Positions 9,534 through 17,664 of a stretch of 32,000 nt of DNA are shown piece after piece. The translations under genes and the position numbers were made by a program. Each line of letters begins with the position of its first letter. The first letter of the stretch is position 1. Below the pieces are notes generated by a model. That model searched no databases, was not told the origin of the DNA, and saw only the letters and a list, made by a program, of their open reading frames with translations. Source of the DNA: Beggiatoa leptomitoformis (lineage in GTDB: Bacteria > Pseudomonadota > Gammaproteobacteria > Beggiatoales > Beggiatoaceae); NCBI RefSeq assembly GCF_001305575.3, contig NZ_CP012373.2:3888799-3920798 (forward strand), written 5' to 3'.

Positions 9534-10094
9534 ATGTTACTGTCTTTTTGTCACGGTACGATTATTACAGCATTACTATTTATCACCGCCTGCACCCCCT
9601 ATTCGCCTACAAATCTCCCGCGTGCCTCGCAAGGCATGAGAGCAGATGAAACGGCTAACGACTGGTTTAGGCAAATAGACGATAGAAATAAAAACTATAA
9701 TCAATCACGCGAACAAGAACAGCAACAAGACACCCAGTGGTGGCAAACACGCACAACAAAACGGTCAGAACATTCATCTCCCGCCATCACGCAACAACCC
9801 ACAGACGCAGACAGCCAATCGTCATGGGGTGCAATGCAGGCAAAACAACGCTTTTTATCCCTGCACCAAGCCCCCATTGAATCATCCAGCGCGACACCTA
9901 CCGACCTTTATGAGCAGTGGAATGTTGACAGAAAACAACGGGCGGAAACCGCCAGAATAAACCGCGAAACAGAAGAGTTTGACCGCCAAGCATGGGAAGC
10001 ACAATTGCAACAATGGCGAGAAACTGACCCCATCAAGAGAGAAAAACGCCGTCTTGAACGGATGCGAGAACAACACGACTACCACCGTTATTGA
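9534..10094 (+). CDS. Hypothetical lipoprotein, Q/E/R/W-rich and probably disordered
   Basis: The track ORF is 9495..10094. An internal ATG at 9534 (AGGA ~10 nt upstream) gives MLLSFCHGTIITALLFITAC, a lipoprotein signal peptide with lipobox I-T-A-C. The remainder is polar low-complexity sequence with repeated QW/WW motifs. I recognise no family. Confidence 0.55.
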   Translation: MLLSFCHGTIITALLFITACTPYSPTNLPRASQGMRADETANDWFRQIDDRNKNYNQSREQEQQQDTQWWQTRTTKRSEHSSPAITQQPTDADSQSSWGAMQAKQRFLSLHQAPIESSSATPTDLYEQWNVDRKQRAETARINRETEEFDRQAWEAQLQQWRETDPIKREKRRLERMREQHDYHRY

Positions 10095-10145
10095 TAAAAT
10101 CAATCAGTCATTATCCAATTATTTACCAAAGGACGTTATATTTTT

Positions 10146-10376
10146 ATGTCAATTACGGTTAAATTTTTCGCCAGTTTACGCCAACTTGTTGGCAAAAAAG
10201 AAGTGCAACTGGACATTGTTCATACGTTGACCGCTAGCGATGTTTGGGCGCAAGTTTGTAACGACCCGCTACCCACACACGCATTAATTGCCATCAATCT
10301 TGAATATGTTAGCCCAGAAACCTGCGTGAAAGAAGGCGATGAAGTGGCTTTTTTTCCACCGGTTACAGGGGGATAA
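10146..10376 (+). CDS. moaD: Molybdopterin synthase sulfur-carrier subunit MoaD
   Basis: 76 aa with a ubiquitin-like ThiS/MoaD pattern (MSITVKFFASLRQLVGKKE...) and the C-terminal FFPPVTGG di-glycine. It sits immediately upstream of moaE. Confidence 0.9.
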   Translation: MSITVKFFASLRQLVGKKEVQLDIVHTLTASDVWAQVCNDPLPTHALIAINLEYVSPETCVKEGDEVAFFPPVTGG

Positions 10377-10380
10377 CTCA

Positions 10381-10836
10381 ATGAGTGCGCAATTAAAAGT
10401 TGAATTAACTAACCAGATATTCAACGCATGGACAGCTCTGCAAACGTATGAACAGCAATTGCAAACCATACACGGCAAATGCGGTGCTGTCGCGGTATTT
10501 GTTGGCACTATGCGTGATTACAACGAAGGGGACGACGTAAAATCCATGTTTTTAGAACACTATCCCCAAATGACAGAAAAATACTTGCAAAAAATCAGCA
10601 TCCAAGCCCATGCAGATTTCACAATACTAGATACCCTTATTATTCATCGTGTTGGTGAGATTTTACCCGGAGAGACGATTGTCCTTACGGCGGCATGGTC
10701 AGCCCATCGTGCAGCCGCTTTTGCCGCCTGTCAGTTTTTAATTGAAACACTCAAAGCAAGCGCACCATTCTGGAAACAAGAAACATTACAAAATGATAGC
10801 CGTAGGTGGGTAGAAAAAAATACACCTGCCCGTTAA
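10381..10836 (+). CDS. moaE: Molybdopterin synthase catalytic subunit MoaE
   Basis: The track ORF starts at 10339, inside moaD. The ATG at 10381 (MSAQLKVELT..), 4 nt after the moaD stop, is the likely start. MoaE-like motifs are AVAVFVGTMRD, LEHYPQM, IIHRVGEI, AAWSAHRAAAF, LKASAPFWK. Confidence 0.9.
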   Translation: MSAQLKVELTNQIFNAWTALQTYEQQLQTIHGKCGAVAVFVGTMRDYNEGDDVKSMFLEHYPQMTEKYLQKISIQAHADFTILDTLIIHRVGEILPGETIVLTAAWSAHRAAAFAACQFLIETLKASAPFWKQETLQNDSRRWVEKNTPAR

Positions 10837-11058
10837 TACCTAAGTACCTGCAATAACACAAAAACGAAAAAACGACTTGCTACCCATCATGTGAACCATT
10901 CACACCACCGATAAAAACGCGATTAATCGCGTCGATACTCTTTTTAATAAGCTGTAAAACCCTCACTATACTGACTTGCGACAATCAAGTAAGCATGTTT
11001 CAATGACATTATTCCAAAAAATACCCAGTAAAAATATTTGTTAAATGAGGATTGATTT

Positions 11059-12495
11059 ATGTCGTGGGAAGTCGTTATTGGTTTAGAAATTCACGCCCAG
11101 CTCGCCACAAAAAGTAAAATATTTTCAGGTGCTTCTACTGCTTACGGTGCAGAACCGAATACCCAAGCCTGCGCGGTTGATTTAGGCTTACCGGGGGTTT
11201 TACCCGTACTGAATGAAGAAGCTGTAAAAATGGCAATAAAGTTCGGATTAGCGGTAGATGCAGAAATTGCAGAACGCTCTGTTTTTGCACGTAAAAACTA
11301 CTTTTATCCCGATTTACCCAAAGGCTACCAAATTAGCCAATACGAACTCCCCATCGTCAAGGCAGGACACATCAATATTGAAACAGAGGGGCAAGAAAAA
11401 ACCATCCGCATCACCCGCGCCCACTTAGAAGAGGACGCAGGTAAATCATTACATGAAGATTTTCATGGCTTAAGTGGTATCGATTTAAATCGTGCAGGCA
11501 CGCCCTTAATTGAAATCGTTTCCGAACCTGACATGCGTTCGGCAAAAGAAGCCGTTGCCTATATGAAGAAAATTCACTCTATCGTCAGATACCTAGATAT
11601 TTGCGATGGTAATATGCAAGAAGGCTCATTCCGTTGCGATGCGAATGTTTCCGTCCGCCCAACAGGCACAAGCACTTATGGCACACGTGCTGAGCTGAAA
11701 AACCTGAATTCCTTCCGTTTTATTGAAAAAGCGATTAATTACGAAGTAGAACGGCAAATTGAATTGATTGAAAGCGGTGGTAAAGTCACGCAAGAAACCC
11801 GCTTGTACGACCCTGATAAAAACGAAACGCGCCCTATGCGTTCTAAAGAAGAAGCCAATGATTACCGCTACTTCCCCGACCCTGATTTACTTCCTGTCGT
11901 AGTCGATAAAGCGTTTTTAGAAGACTTAAAAGCGACACTCCCTGAATTACCTGAAGAGAAAAAACAGCGTTTTGTCAGTCAATACGGCTTATCTTTGTAC
12001 GATGCGGATATTTTAACCAGTTCACGAGAGCTAGCTGATTATTTTGAAGAAACTGTGCAAGCCTCAAATACTGACGCGAAAATGTGTGCTAACTGGGTTA
12101 TGGGTGAACTCTCTGCGGTGTTAAATAAACATAACTTAGATATTACACAATCGCCTGTTTCCCCTGCATATTTAGCTGTATTGTTAAATCGAATTGCGGA
12201 TAATACAATTTCTGGCAAAATTGCCAAACAGGTCTTTGAAGCCATGTGGGCGGGAGAGTGTGATGGTAATGCGGATAAAATCATTGAAACGCAAGGTTTA
12301 AAACAAGTAACGGATTCAGGTGCAATTGAACCGATTATTGACGCGGTTATTGCGGCAAATCCGAAAGAGCTAGCGGATTATCGAGCAGGTAAAGAAAAAT
12401 TATTCGCCTTTTTTGTTGGACAGGTGATGAAAGTCTCAAAAGGCAAAGCGAATCCTGCACAGGTGAATGAGTTACTGAAAAGGAAGTTGGGTTAA
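11059..12495 (+). CDS. gatB: Asp-tRNA(Asn)/Glu-tRNA(Gln) amidotransferase subunit B
   Basis: 478 aa with GAGGA upstream. The GatB N-terminus is canonical: [20 protein letters not shown], then [36 protein letters not shown] YqeY-like tail is present. No gatC or gatA lies adjacent in this window. Confidence 0.97.
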   Translation: MSWEVVIGLEIHAQLATKSKIFSGASTAYGAEPNTQACAVDLGLPGVLPVLNEEAVKMAIKFGLAVDAEIAERSVFARKNYFYPDLPKGYQISQYELPIVKAGHINIETEGQEKTIRITRAHLEEDAGKSLHEDFHGLSGIDLNRAGTPLIEIVSEPDMRSAKEAVAYMKKIHSIVRYLDICDGNMQEGSFRCDANVSVRPTGTSTYGTRAELKNLNSFRFIEKAINYEVERQIELIESGGKVTQETRLYDPDKNETRPMRSKEEANDYRYFPDPDLLPVVVDKAFLEDLKATLPELPEEKKQRFVSQYGLSLYDADILTSSRELADYFEETVQASNTDAKMCANWVMGELSAVLNKHNLDITQSPVSPAYLAVLLNRIADNTISGKIAKQVFEAMWAGECDGNADKIIETQGLKQVTDSGAIEPIIDAVIAANPKELADYRAGKEKLFAFFVGQVMKVSKGKANPAQVNELLKRKLG

Positions 12496-12530
12496 GTTTT
12501 TAGCGGTTTTAAGCCGTATTATCGATGTAT

Positions 12531-12557
12531 ATAAGTTAAGTATGCTAACTTATTTTT
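12531..12557 (+). terminator. Candidate intrinsic terminator after gatB
   Basis: ATAAGTTA agtatgc TAACTTAT is a perfect 8-bp stem made only of A/T pairs, followed by TTTT, 36 nt after the gatB stop. Confidence 0.35.
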
Positions 12558-12593
12558 ACGTCTAATAAAATTAGTCATCATTATCTTTCTTAG

Positions 12594-12636
12594 CGATTGA
12601 ACCCTGTTTTTAAAAAACAGAGATTCAATCGTTTTT
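12594..12636. terminator. Long hairpin plus T-run between convergent gatB and the hydrolase gene
   Basis: CGATTGAAcccTGTTTTT / AAAAACAgagaTTCAATCG is a near-perfect 18-nt arm, followed by TTTTT on the plus strand. It abuts the hydrolase stop codon at 12637-12639. Confidence 0.5.
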
Positions 12637-13419
12637 CTATTTTAGCTTTTTACCCAACCAATCTAACATGTAATCGGCGATGGTTTGCCAATGCAGTTCT
12701 AGCATCATGCCATGTGCTGTTTTTGGGAAAACGTGAACATCGGCGCGATGGGATGACGCTGTCCAATGGACTATTGCAGGGGGAAAAAATACATCGTTTT
12801 CCGCACCCAATACTAACATGGGTACATTGTCGGGACGATGTGGGGGCATGTCTAAATTCATCATGTCTAAAACAGCTTGATGTGATTCATTTTGCATGTA
12901 CATGAAATATTCTTCGACTTTTTTGTCGGGCATTTCTGGGGAGAAAAGCGCGCGTTTCATGGCAACAGGGTTAACAAAATGTGTCCCAAAGTTTTGTAAA
13001 ACACCAAATTGTTGAAATAGTAATGGGTCAGTCAATGACATGTAAAATGCGGAACTGCCTATTCCGTTAGGTGATACGGAGTTCATGAGTATTACTGCAC
13101 GGCAAGGATGTTTTTCCATATACTTTTGTGCAACCATCCCACCCATAGAGTGTCCTACAATAATCGGGGCTTGTTCTAATGTGGCTGTAACACTTTTAAC
13201 ATCTTCAATATAATCATTAATTCCTGCACTACGCAAATTTCCGCCACTTTTTCCATGTCCTCGTAGGCTCACGGCATACGCAGGATAGCCTTGTTTGGCA
13301 AAGTAGGAGAGGAAGTGGACATCCCAACAAATCGCACCAATAAAAGCACCATGTATAAAAACAATGGGGGGTTTATTGGTGGGGGTTTTAGGTAATCGTT
13401 TTATAACTTCTAGTTCCAT
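12637..13419 (-). CDS. Alpha/beta-fold hydrolase
   Basis: 260 aa with an HG oxyanion motif (IVFIHGAF), the nucleophile elbow GHSMGG, and a late His (KTAHGMMLE). Confidence 0.85.
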   Translation of the reverse strand: MELEVIKRLPKTPTNKPPIVFIHGAFIGAICWDVHFLSYFAKQGYPAYAVSLRGHGKSGGNLRSAGINDYIEDVKSVTATLEQAPIIVGHSMGGMVAQKYMEKHPCRAVILMNSVSPNGIGSSAFYMSLTDPLLFQQFGVLQNFGTHFVNPVAMKRALFSPEMPDKKVEEYFMYMQNESHQAVLDMMNLDMPPHRPDNVPMLVLGAENDVFFPPAIVHWTASSHRADVHVFPKTAHGMMLELHWQTIADYMLDWLGKKLK

Positions 13420-13487
13420 GTTAATTGTCGTCGCGCTGAAAAGAATATTATTGCATAGATTGCTTCTACTCTAACACCGTTACAGTC

Positions 13488-14258
13488 TCATCTTGTCAGT
13501 GTAAAGCGGTATGTTGTTGTGCCATCAATGTCGCCCATTGGATTAAAACGTTGTTCGCAGAATTCTACTGCGCCATTGGTGTTGACACGTAAAACGGTTG
13601 AACTCCGTGTGCCGTAGTCGGGGCTAGTGATAAATAGGGGGGAGAGTAGGCGTTCCCATGCCAAACTTACGCCTGTTTGTGGGAGTTGTGCATCTTCTGC
13701 AAGGGTTTTGTCAGAAAGAAGGGCAAGCAGTTCTGTGAGTTGAAAGTCATGATGCATGAGGGATTGTAAATGTGCTTTGCCTTTTTGCACTTTAACCCAT
13801 GGGGTATCAAGGAATTGGTTGCTGAGTCCATAGATACCTGCCATTAATTTTTGTGGGCTGGTTTGTCGATTGCTGTAGTAGTACAGGTCTTGTTGTATGT
13901 TGCCAGCAATGAGATTAAACCCTTGATAGTCAGCGGATTGTTGTTGACAGATTTGTAGGTAGGTTGGTGTAGATTGTTGGCTGTGTAGATAGTTGCTGAC
14001 CAGCGCGCCACGGGAAAATTTGGGGTTTATAGGGGTTTGTTGGGGTTCACGGTAGTTGGTAACAGCGGCAAAGCGTCCTTGTTGGGTGATGCCCACCCAT
14101 GTTCCACCACTTTGTAAATCACGTCCTGCAAGCAGTTGTGGGGAGCTTTCCCAAAAGTGGGCGGGTGCAGTGGGACGTGCATGAAATTCGTCACGGTTAG
14201 CTGCGACAATAAGGGGGTAAAGCGGATGAGTATTGTAGGCAAAGAGTATGAGGCACAT
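13488..14258 (-). CDS. NRDE-family (TANGO2/DUF833-like) protein
   Basis: 256 aa starting MCLILFAY with the eponymous AANRDEF motif at aa 20-26, then GGTWVG. This is typical of the family. Confidence 0.85.
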   Translation of the reverse strand: MCLILFAYNTHPLYPLIVAANRDEFHARPTAPAHFWESSPQLLAGRDLQSGGTWVGITQQGRFAAVTNYREPQQTPINPKFSRGALVSNYLHSQQSTPTYLQICQQQSADYQGFNLIAGNIQQDLYYYSNRQTSPQKLMAGIYGLSNQFLDTPWVKVQKGKAHLQSLMHHDFQLTELLALLSDKTLAEDAQLPQTGVSLAWERLLSPLFITSPDYGTRSSTVLRVNTNGAVEFCEQRFNPMGDIDGTTTYRFTLTR

Positions 14259-14264
14259 GGGATT

Positions 14265-14294
14265 AAAATGGTGTAGGTGGGGTTACACCATTTT
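14265..14294. terminator. A-tract / hairpin / T-tract structure between the 101-aa ORF and the NRDE gene
   Basis: AAAATGGTGTA ggtggggt TACACCATTTT is a perfect 11-bp stem with an 8-nt loop. It ends 6 nt before the NRDE ATG, where a Shine-Dalgarno would normally sit, and none is visible. Confidence 0.4.
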
Positions 14295-14435
14295 ATCAGT
14301 TGGTTTACTTAATGGTGCGAGCATTCCAAAACGAAGGTCGGGATTAGTCGTTTGAGTTAGAATTGTGTCATCTGTTTGAATAAGGCGTGTGCTATCGGCA
14401 TAGTTCAATCGGCGTTATGGTGTGAAAAGACGCAC

Positions 14436-14741
14436 CTAACGTATCCTACTTGTAATTCGACCTACTGCTAGAACATGATAACCATTAAGAATCTCAATGT
14501 ATTCTCCTTCTTTTAACCACTCTGCTGGAACAGAATTAATCAATTTACCAGTAGCACTCCCAAGTAAAATATTGGGATCGAAATTAATTTCTTCCCACTG
14601 AACATCTCTTAGACATTGCAAAAAATCTTCAATGTGTTTTTGCCAGCGTATATTTGTACGCATACCTTCATATGGTGGGCCTCTATAACCACCTAGAGAA
14701 TGAGGTATCCAAATAAAGTCAGCTTGAAATATTTTATTCAT
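14436..14741 (-). CDS. Small stand-alone protein resembling EF-Tu domain 3 (beta-barrel)
   Basis: 101 aa. By eye, [29 protein letters not shown] ... [22 protein letters not shown] aligns with EF-Tu domain 3 ([30 protein letters not shown] ... GLRFAIREGGRTVGAGVV). The ATG (14741-14739) overlaps the TGA (14740-14738) of the upstream RHS fragment. Confidence 0.55.
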   Translation of the reverse strand: MNKIFQADFIWIPHSLGGYRGPPYEGMRTNIRWQKHIEDFLQCLRDVQWEEINFDPNILLGSATGKLINSVPAEWLKEGEYIEILNGYHVLAVGRITSRIR

Positions 14742-14890
14742 CCTGCAAATCCAAATGGTTGAAACTCTGGGTTTGTATCTTCAAGGATATTGCCAAACGC
14801 ATCGTAATCTAAGCGTTGCGCGATTGTGCCTATTTGCACATCAACAATTAAACGCGGACTGCCTAAGTGGTCAGAAATGACGCGGTAAGT
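14738..14890 (-). pseudogene. Orphan RHS/YD-repeat core fragment (about 50 aa, no start)
   Basis: Minus-strand translation gives [50 protein letters not shown]. It carries the DHLGS...DYDAFGN...FQPFGFAGG signature of RHS core domains. A stop lies upstream at 14903-14905 inside the MITE, and there is no initiation codon. Confidence 0.7.
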
Positions 14891-14891
14891 A

Positions 14892-15056
14892 TAGTAAACG
14901 CACTATAAAACGATACGGAGGATTAGCAGTCCTGTGAGGACTGCTAATCCTAAATTTAAATCACTTTATGGTACGTTTGCTATAGTTGCTAGCACTTTAC
15001 GACGGAAGTCTAGTGAAGAGGTCATTTTTTATCCTCTTTTTATAATACGTTTACTA
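14892..15056 (-). mobile_element. MITE: internally deleted IS630-family derivative, 165 bp, flanked by TA
   Basis: The terminal inverted repeats are TAGTAAACGCACTATAAAA (14892-) and the reverse complement of TTTATAATACGTTTACTA (-15056). TA flanks both sides (14890-91 and 15057-58). It retains the first codons of a transposase (MTSSLDFRRKVLA). The right end is about 80% similar to the adjacent IS end. An internal perfect 15-bp hairpin lies at 14919-14951. Confidence 0.65.
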
Positions 15057-15071
15057 TAACGCCTTGAAATA

Positions 15072-15948
15072 TAGCAACAGTACTATAAAAAGATTAAATA
15101 GAATTCAGTAAAAAGAGCTCATCAATAGAACAATGTTGTTGTTTACGGAGAGTCTTAGCTTGAGCCCATTTATGCTCAATAGGATTTAAATCAGGCGAAT
15201 AAGGCGGTAAATATTCCAAGAGATGCCCAGCGTCTAAAATAGCCTGCTGAATGTCACTACGTTTATGAAAAGTGGCGTTATCCATCACAATCACAGAATT
15301 CTGAGGGAGTTTGGGAAGTAAGTCTTGGGTTATCCAAGCGAAAAAGACATCGGAATTAATCGTGCCAGAAACTAAAGAGACCGTTAATAAACAAAAATTG
15401 AGCAAAGCCCCGATGACATTGGTACGTCCCTTTGCATTCCAGTCTTGCGTGCCAAAGCAACGTTTGCCGATAGGTGCATAACCAAAACGGCGTGGCATAT
15501 CATGGGCAAAACCACTTTCATCGATGAAAACAATTTGCCTATTAGATTGTTTATAACGGTTCATTTTATCTTGAAAGACTTGCCGTGCTTCGGGGTTGGC
15601 TTTGGGGTGTTTGAGGGTTTTTTTTACGGCTAATCCCTAGACGTTTTAACGCATGGCGAATCCCGCCTTCCGTAATCCCAAAACGGGCTGCGCGTTCATA
15701 ATGGTAAGCATCGGGATATAACGCCACATCTTGTCTTAAGGCTTCCATATCTATTTTAGTTGGTCTGTTACGTGTCCCTTTGGCTTCCAATACTTTGCTC
15801 CACCTGACGACGCTTGCGATGGCTATTTGAAAGCGTTTCGCTACCGCTGCTAGGGTGAGATTTTCTTCTTGTTTCACTTTATAATACTTTTTTACGGAAA
15901 TCTATTGAATAGGTCATTTCTTATTCTCTTTTTAAAATACGGTTACTA
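15072..15948 (-). mobile_element. IS630-family (ISY100-like, Tc1/mariner superfamily) insertion sequence, about 877 bp, flanked by TA
   Basis: The imperfect terminal inverted repeats are TAGCAACAGTACTATAAAAAG (15072-) and the reverse complement of CTTTTTAAAATACGGTTACTA (-15948). TA lies on both sides (15070-71 and 15949-50). It encodes a DDE/D transposase. Confidence 0.85.
15094..15917 (-). CDS. IS630-family transposase, split into three reading frames at two poly-A runs
   Basis: MTYSIDFRKKVL* starts at ATG 15917. It is followed by track ORF 15566..15877 (HTH: LTLAAVAKRFQIAIASVVRW) and track ORF 15094..15564 (DDE: VFIDESGF, VIVMDNATFHK, YSPDLNPIEHKW). Removing one A from the A6 run (plus-strand T-run 15888-15893) and one A from the A8 run (15618-15625) fuses all three into a transposase of about 270 aa. 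Confidence 0.8.
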
Positions 15949-15997
15949 TAGTAAATTATGCTATGAAAATATATGATTAAGCGTCATGTACCCTACG

Positions 15998-16033
15998 CAA
16001 AAAAACCTGACAGGTTTTTAAAACTTGTCAGGT
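15998..16033 (-). terminator. Rho-independent terminator of dsbC
   Basis: On the minus strand, ACCTGACAAG ttttaaaaa CCTGTCAGGT forms a 10-bp stem with one G-U pair, followed by TTTTTTT. It lies 54 nt downstream of the dsbC stop. Confidence 0.7.
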
Positions 16034-16086
16034 CTCTGTTTTATTTACAGCATTTATTTGTAAAATTTTGCCGCATTTAGGTTGGT

Positions 16087-16965
16087 TTAGTTACTGCTTG
16101 CTTTACTTAAACTGGGTACGGATTTTTGCATGAGGTAGGCAACTAAGCGGTCAGCGGGAACGTAACCCGGCAGAAGCTCGCCATCGGAGAGAACAAGGGC
16201 AGGTGTGCCATTAACGCCGAGTTGTTGTCCAAGTTCATATTCTTTGGCAATGGGGTTGTCGCATTGTGCGGGTTTTACGGATTGTTGGTTTTTGGCAGCA
16301 GTCAGGGCTGCATTTTTGTCGTCAGCACACCAAACACTGACCATGGTTTGATACGTTTCTGAGCCAACGCCTGCGCGGGGGAATGCTAAATAACGTACTT
16401 TGATACCTAGTTCGTTAAGTTTGGGAACTTCTTGATGTAATTTTCTGCAATAGCCGCAATCTACATCGGTAAATACGTTGATGGTAAAGAGGGTTTTACC
16501 TTTAGGGGTAAAGATAATCATGTCTTTTTCATCAAGGCTGTTAATAGCTGTTGCACGTAGGTTGTTGCGTTTTTGTTCAGTGAGATTTGTGCCTGTTTTT
16601 GTATCACGAATATCGCCGACAATGACGTGACCACCGTCTTCACTGATATAAATAACTTCTGAGCCGACCGTAACTTCATACATATTTTTTATGGGGGCGG
16701 GTGCAAGTTTAACTTGGTCTAGTTTTTCTGCGCCGATAAGGCGTTTGAGTGCTTCACGCAAAACAGGTGGTATGGTCGCGTCTGTTTTTTTCTCTGCGTG
16801 TTGTTCAAGGGGGGCGGCAGGTGTTGCGGGGGTTACAACAGGGTCTTGCATGGGTTGGATGGCAATGGGTTCAGCCGTTGTGCTGGTGCTTGGAGTTGCT
16901 AATTCACTGGTTGCCCAACTATTGGCAGAAAGTGCAAGGAGTGCCAATATAAAACGAATACGCAT
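16087..16965 (-). CDS. dsbC: Thiol:disulfide interchange protein DsbC (periplasmic disulfide isomerase) with a Pro/Thr/Ala-rich N-terminal extension
   Basis: CGYC active site (FTDVDCGYCRKLH), GTPA cis-Pro loop (GVNGTPALV), and signal peptide MRIRFILALLALSANSWA. The likely start is ATG 16965 (GAGG 9 nt upstream) rather than the TTG at 16980 used by the track. Confidence 0.85.
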   Translation of the reverse strand: MRIRFILALLALSANSWATSELATPSTSTTAEPIAIQPMQDPVVTPATPAAPLEQHAEKKTDATIPPVLREALKRLIGAEKLDQVKLAPAPIKNMYEVTVGSEVIYISEDGGHVIVGDIRDTKTGTNLTEQKRNNLRATAINSLDEKDMIIFTPKGKTLFTINVFTDVDCGYCRKLHQEVPKLNELGIKVRYLAFPRAGVGSETYQTMVSVWCADDKNAALTAAKNQQSVKPAQCDNPIAKEYELGQQLGVNGTPALVLSDGELLPGYVPADRLVAYLMQKSVPSLSKASSN

Positions 16966-16985
16966 AACGATAGACCTCAATAGTT

Positions 16986-17468
16986 TTAATCACGAAAGTT
17001 GGTAAATTGTAAGGGTTGTTCTAAATTTTGACTTTTCAGAAGGCTGATGGCTTCTTGTAAATCATCTCTTTTTTTGCCTGTCACACGAACCTCGTCGCCT
17101 TGTATAGCAGCTTGTACCTTGATTTTTTTATCTTTAATCAGTTTAACTATTTTTTTTGCTAGTTCGCTAGGAATACCTTGTTTAATAAGCCATGTCTGAC
17201 GAGCGCGACGATTTTGTATTTCTGCCTCTTTTGGGTCTAACGCGGCCAGATCAATCCCACGTTTCGCAAGTTTAATGTGTAAGATGTCGGCTATTTGTTG
17301 AAGTTGGAATTCAGTTTCGGCATGTAGGATGAGTGATTCGTCGGTTTGTTCTATATTGGCATCAGAGCCTTTAAAGTCAAAACGGGCGACAATTTCGCGG
17401 TTTGTTTGGTCAACTGCGTTTGATAATTCGTGCATATCGACTGTAGAAACAATATCAAAGGATGGCAT
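16986..17468 (-). CDS. yajQ: YajQ-family (UPF0234) nucleotide / cyclic-di-GMP-binding protein
   Basis: 160 aa with the canonical YajQ N-terminus [35 protein letters not shown]. Confidence 0.9.
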   Translation of the reverse strand: MPSFDIVSTVDMHELSNAVDQTNREIVARFDFKGSDANIEQTDESLILHAETEFQLQQIADILHIKLAKRGIDLAALDPKEAEIQNRRARQTWLIKQGIPSELAKKIVKLIKDKKIKVQAAIQGDEVRVTGKKRDDLQEAISLLKSQNLEQPLQFTNFRD

Positions 17469-17664
17469 TTTGCTGTCCTATTCGTTTAGGTAATCAGTAT
17501 AGACAATTTGAAGGTAGCTTGCGGATGGAAAAGGGGCAAGCGGTGTTATGCGGGGGATAGAACTGCCAGTTATACGGATAAACTGGCAGTCTGCACCAAT
17601 ATTTAGTGGCGCGAGAGGCAAATAACTAAATCTGTTTAGATAAGTTATTTGGTTAATGCGTTGG

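Noticed and set aside
9882-10508. Track ORFs 9882..10103(-), 9979..10230(+) and 10284..10508(-), plus the 10339 start of moaE
   Set aside because: They overlap the lipoprotein, moaD and moaE genes in other frames or strands. The upstream extension of moaE would overlap moaD by 38 nt, whereas ATG 10381 gives a canonical MoaE N-terminus.
10917-10932. A perfect 16-bp palindrome ACGCGATTAATCGCGT after moaE, considered as a terminator or operator
   Set aside because: The stem would leave only a 4-nt loop, and the nearest T-run starts 8 nt away, so it is weak as a terminator. I cannot assign a binding protein. Similar short palindromes at 9427-9438 and 29326-29341 were left uncalled for the same reason.
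12039-12905. Track ORFs 12039..12284(-) and 12597..12905(+)
   Set aside because: They are antisense to gatB and to the alpha/beta hydrolase respectively, and have no motifs.
14027-14242. Track ORF 14027..14242(-)
   Set aside because: It is nested out of frame inside the NRDE-family gene.
3049-14890. The idea that the two RHS fragments are halves of one gene separated by a single inversion of the 3.0-14.7 kb segment
   Set aside because: The geometry would fit, since re-inverting would place fragment 1 directly after fragment 2 on the minus strand. However, both fragments retain the F-x-G segment (FGFAG versus SFIGN), and their DNA differs there. A clean single-break inversion of one gene is therefore not supported. 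Separate paralogous scars are more likely.
16691-17005. Track ORFs 16691..17005(+) and 16749..16952(+)
   Set aside because: They are antisense to the Pro/Ala/Thr-rich N-terminal part of dsbC. The Gly/Ala/Val-rich translation is typical of a reverse-frame artefact.
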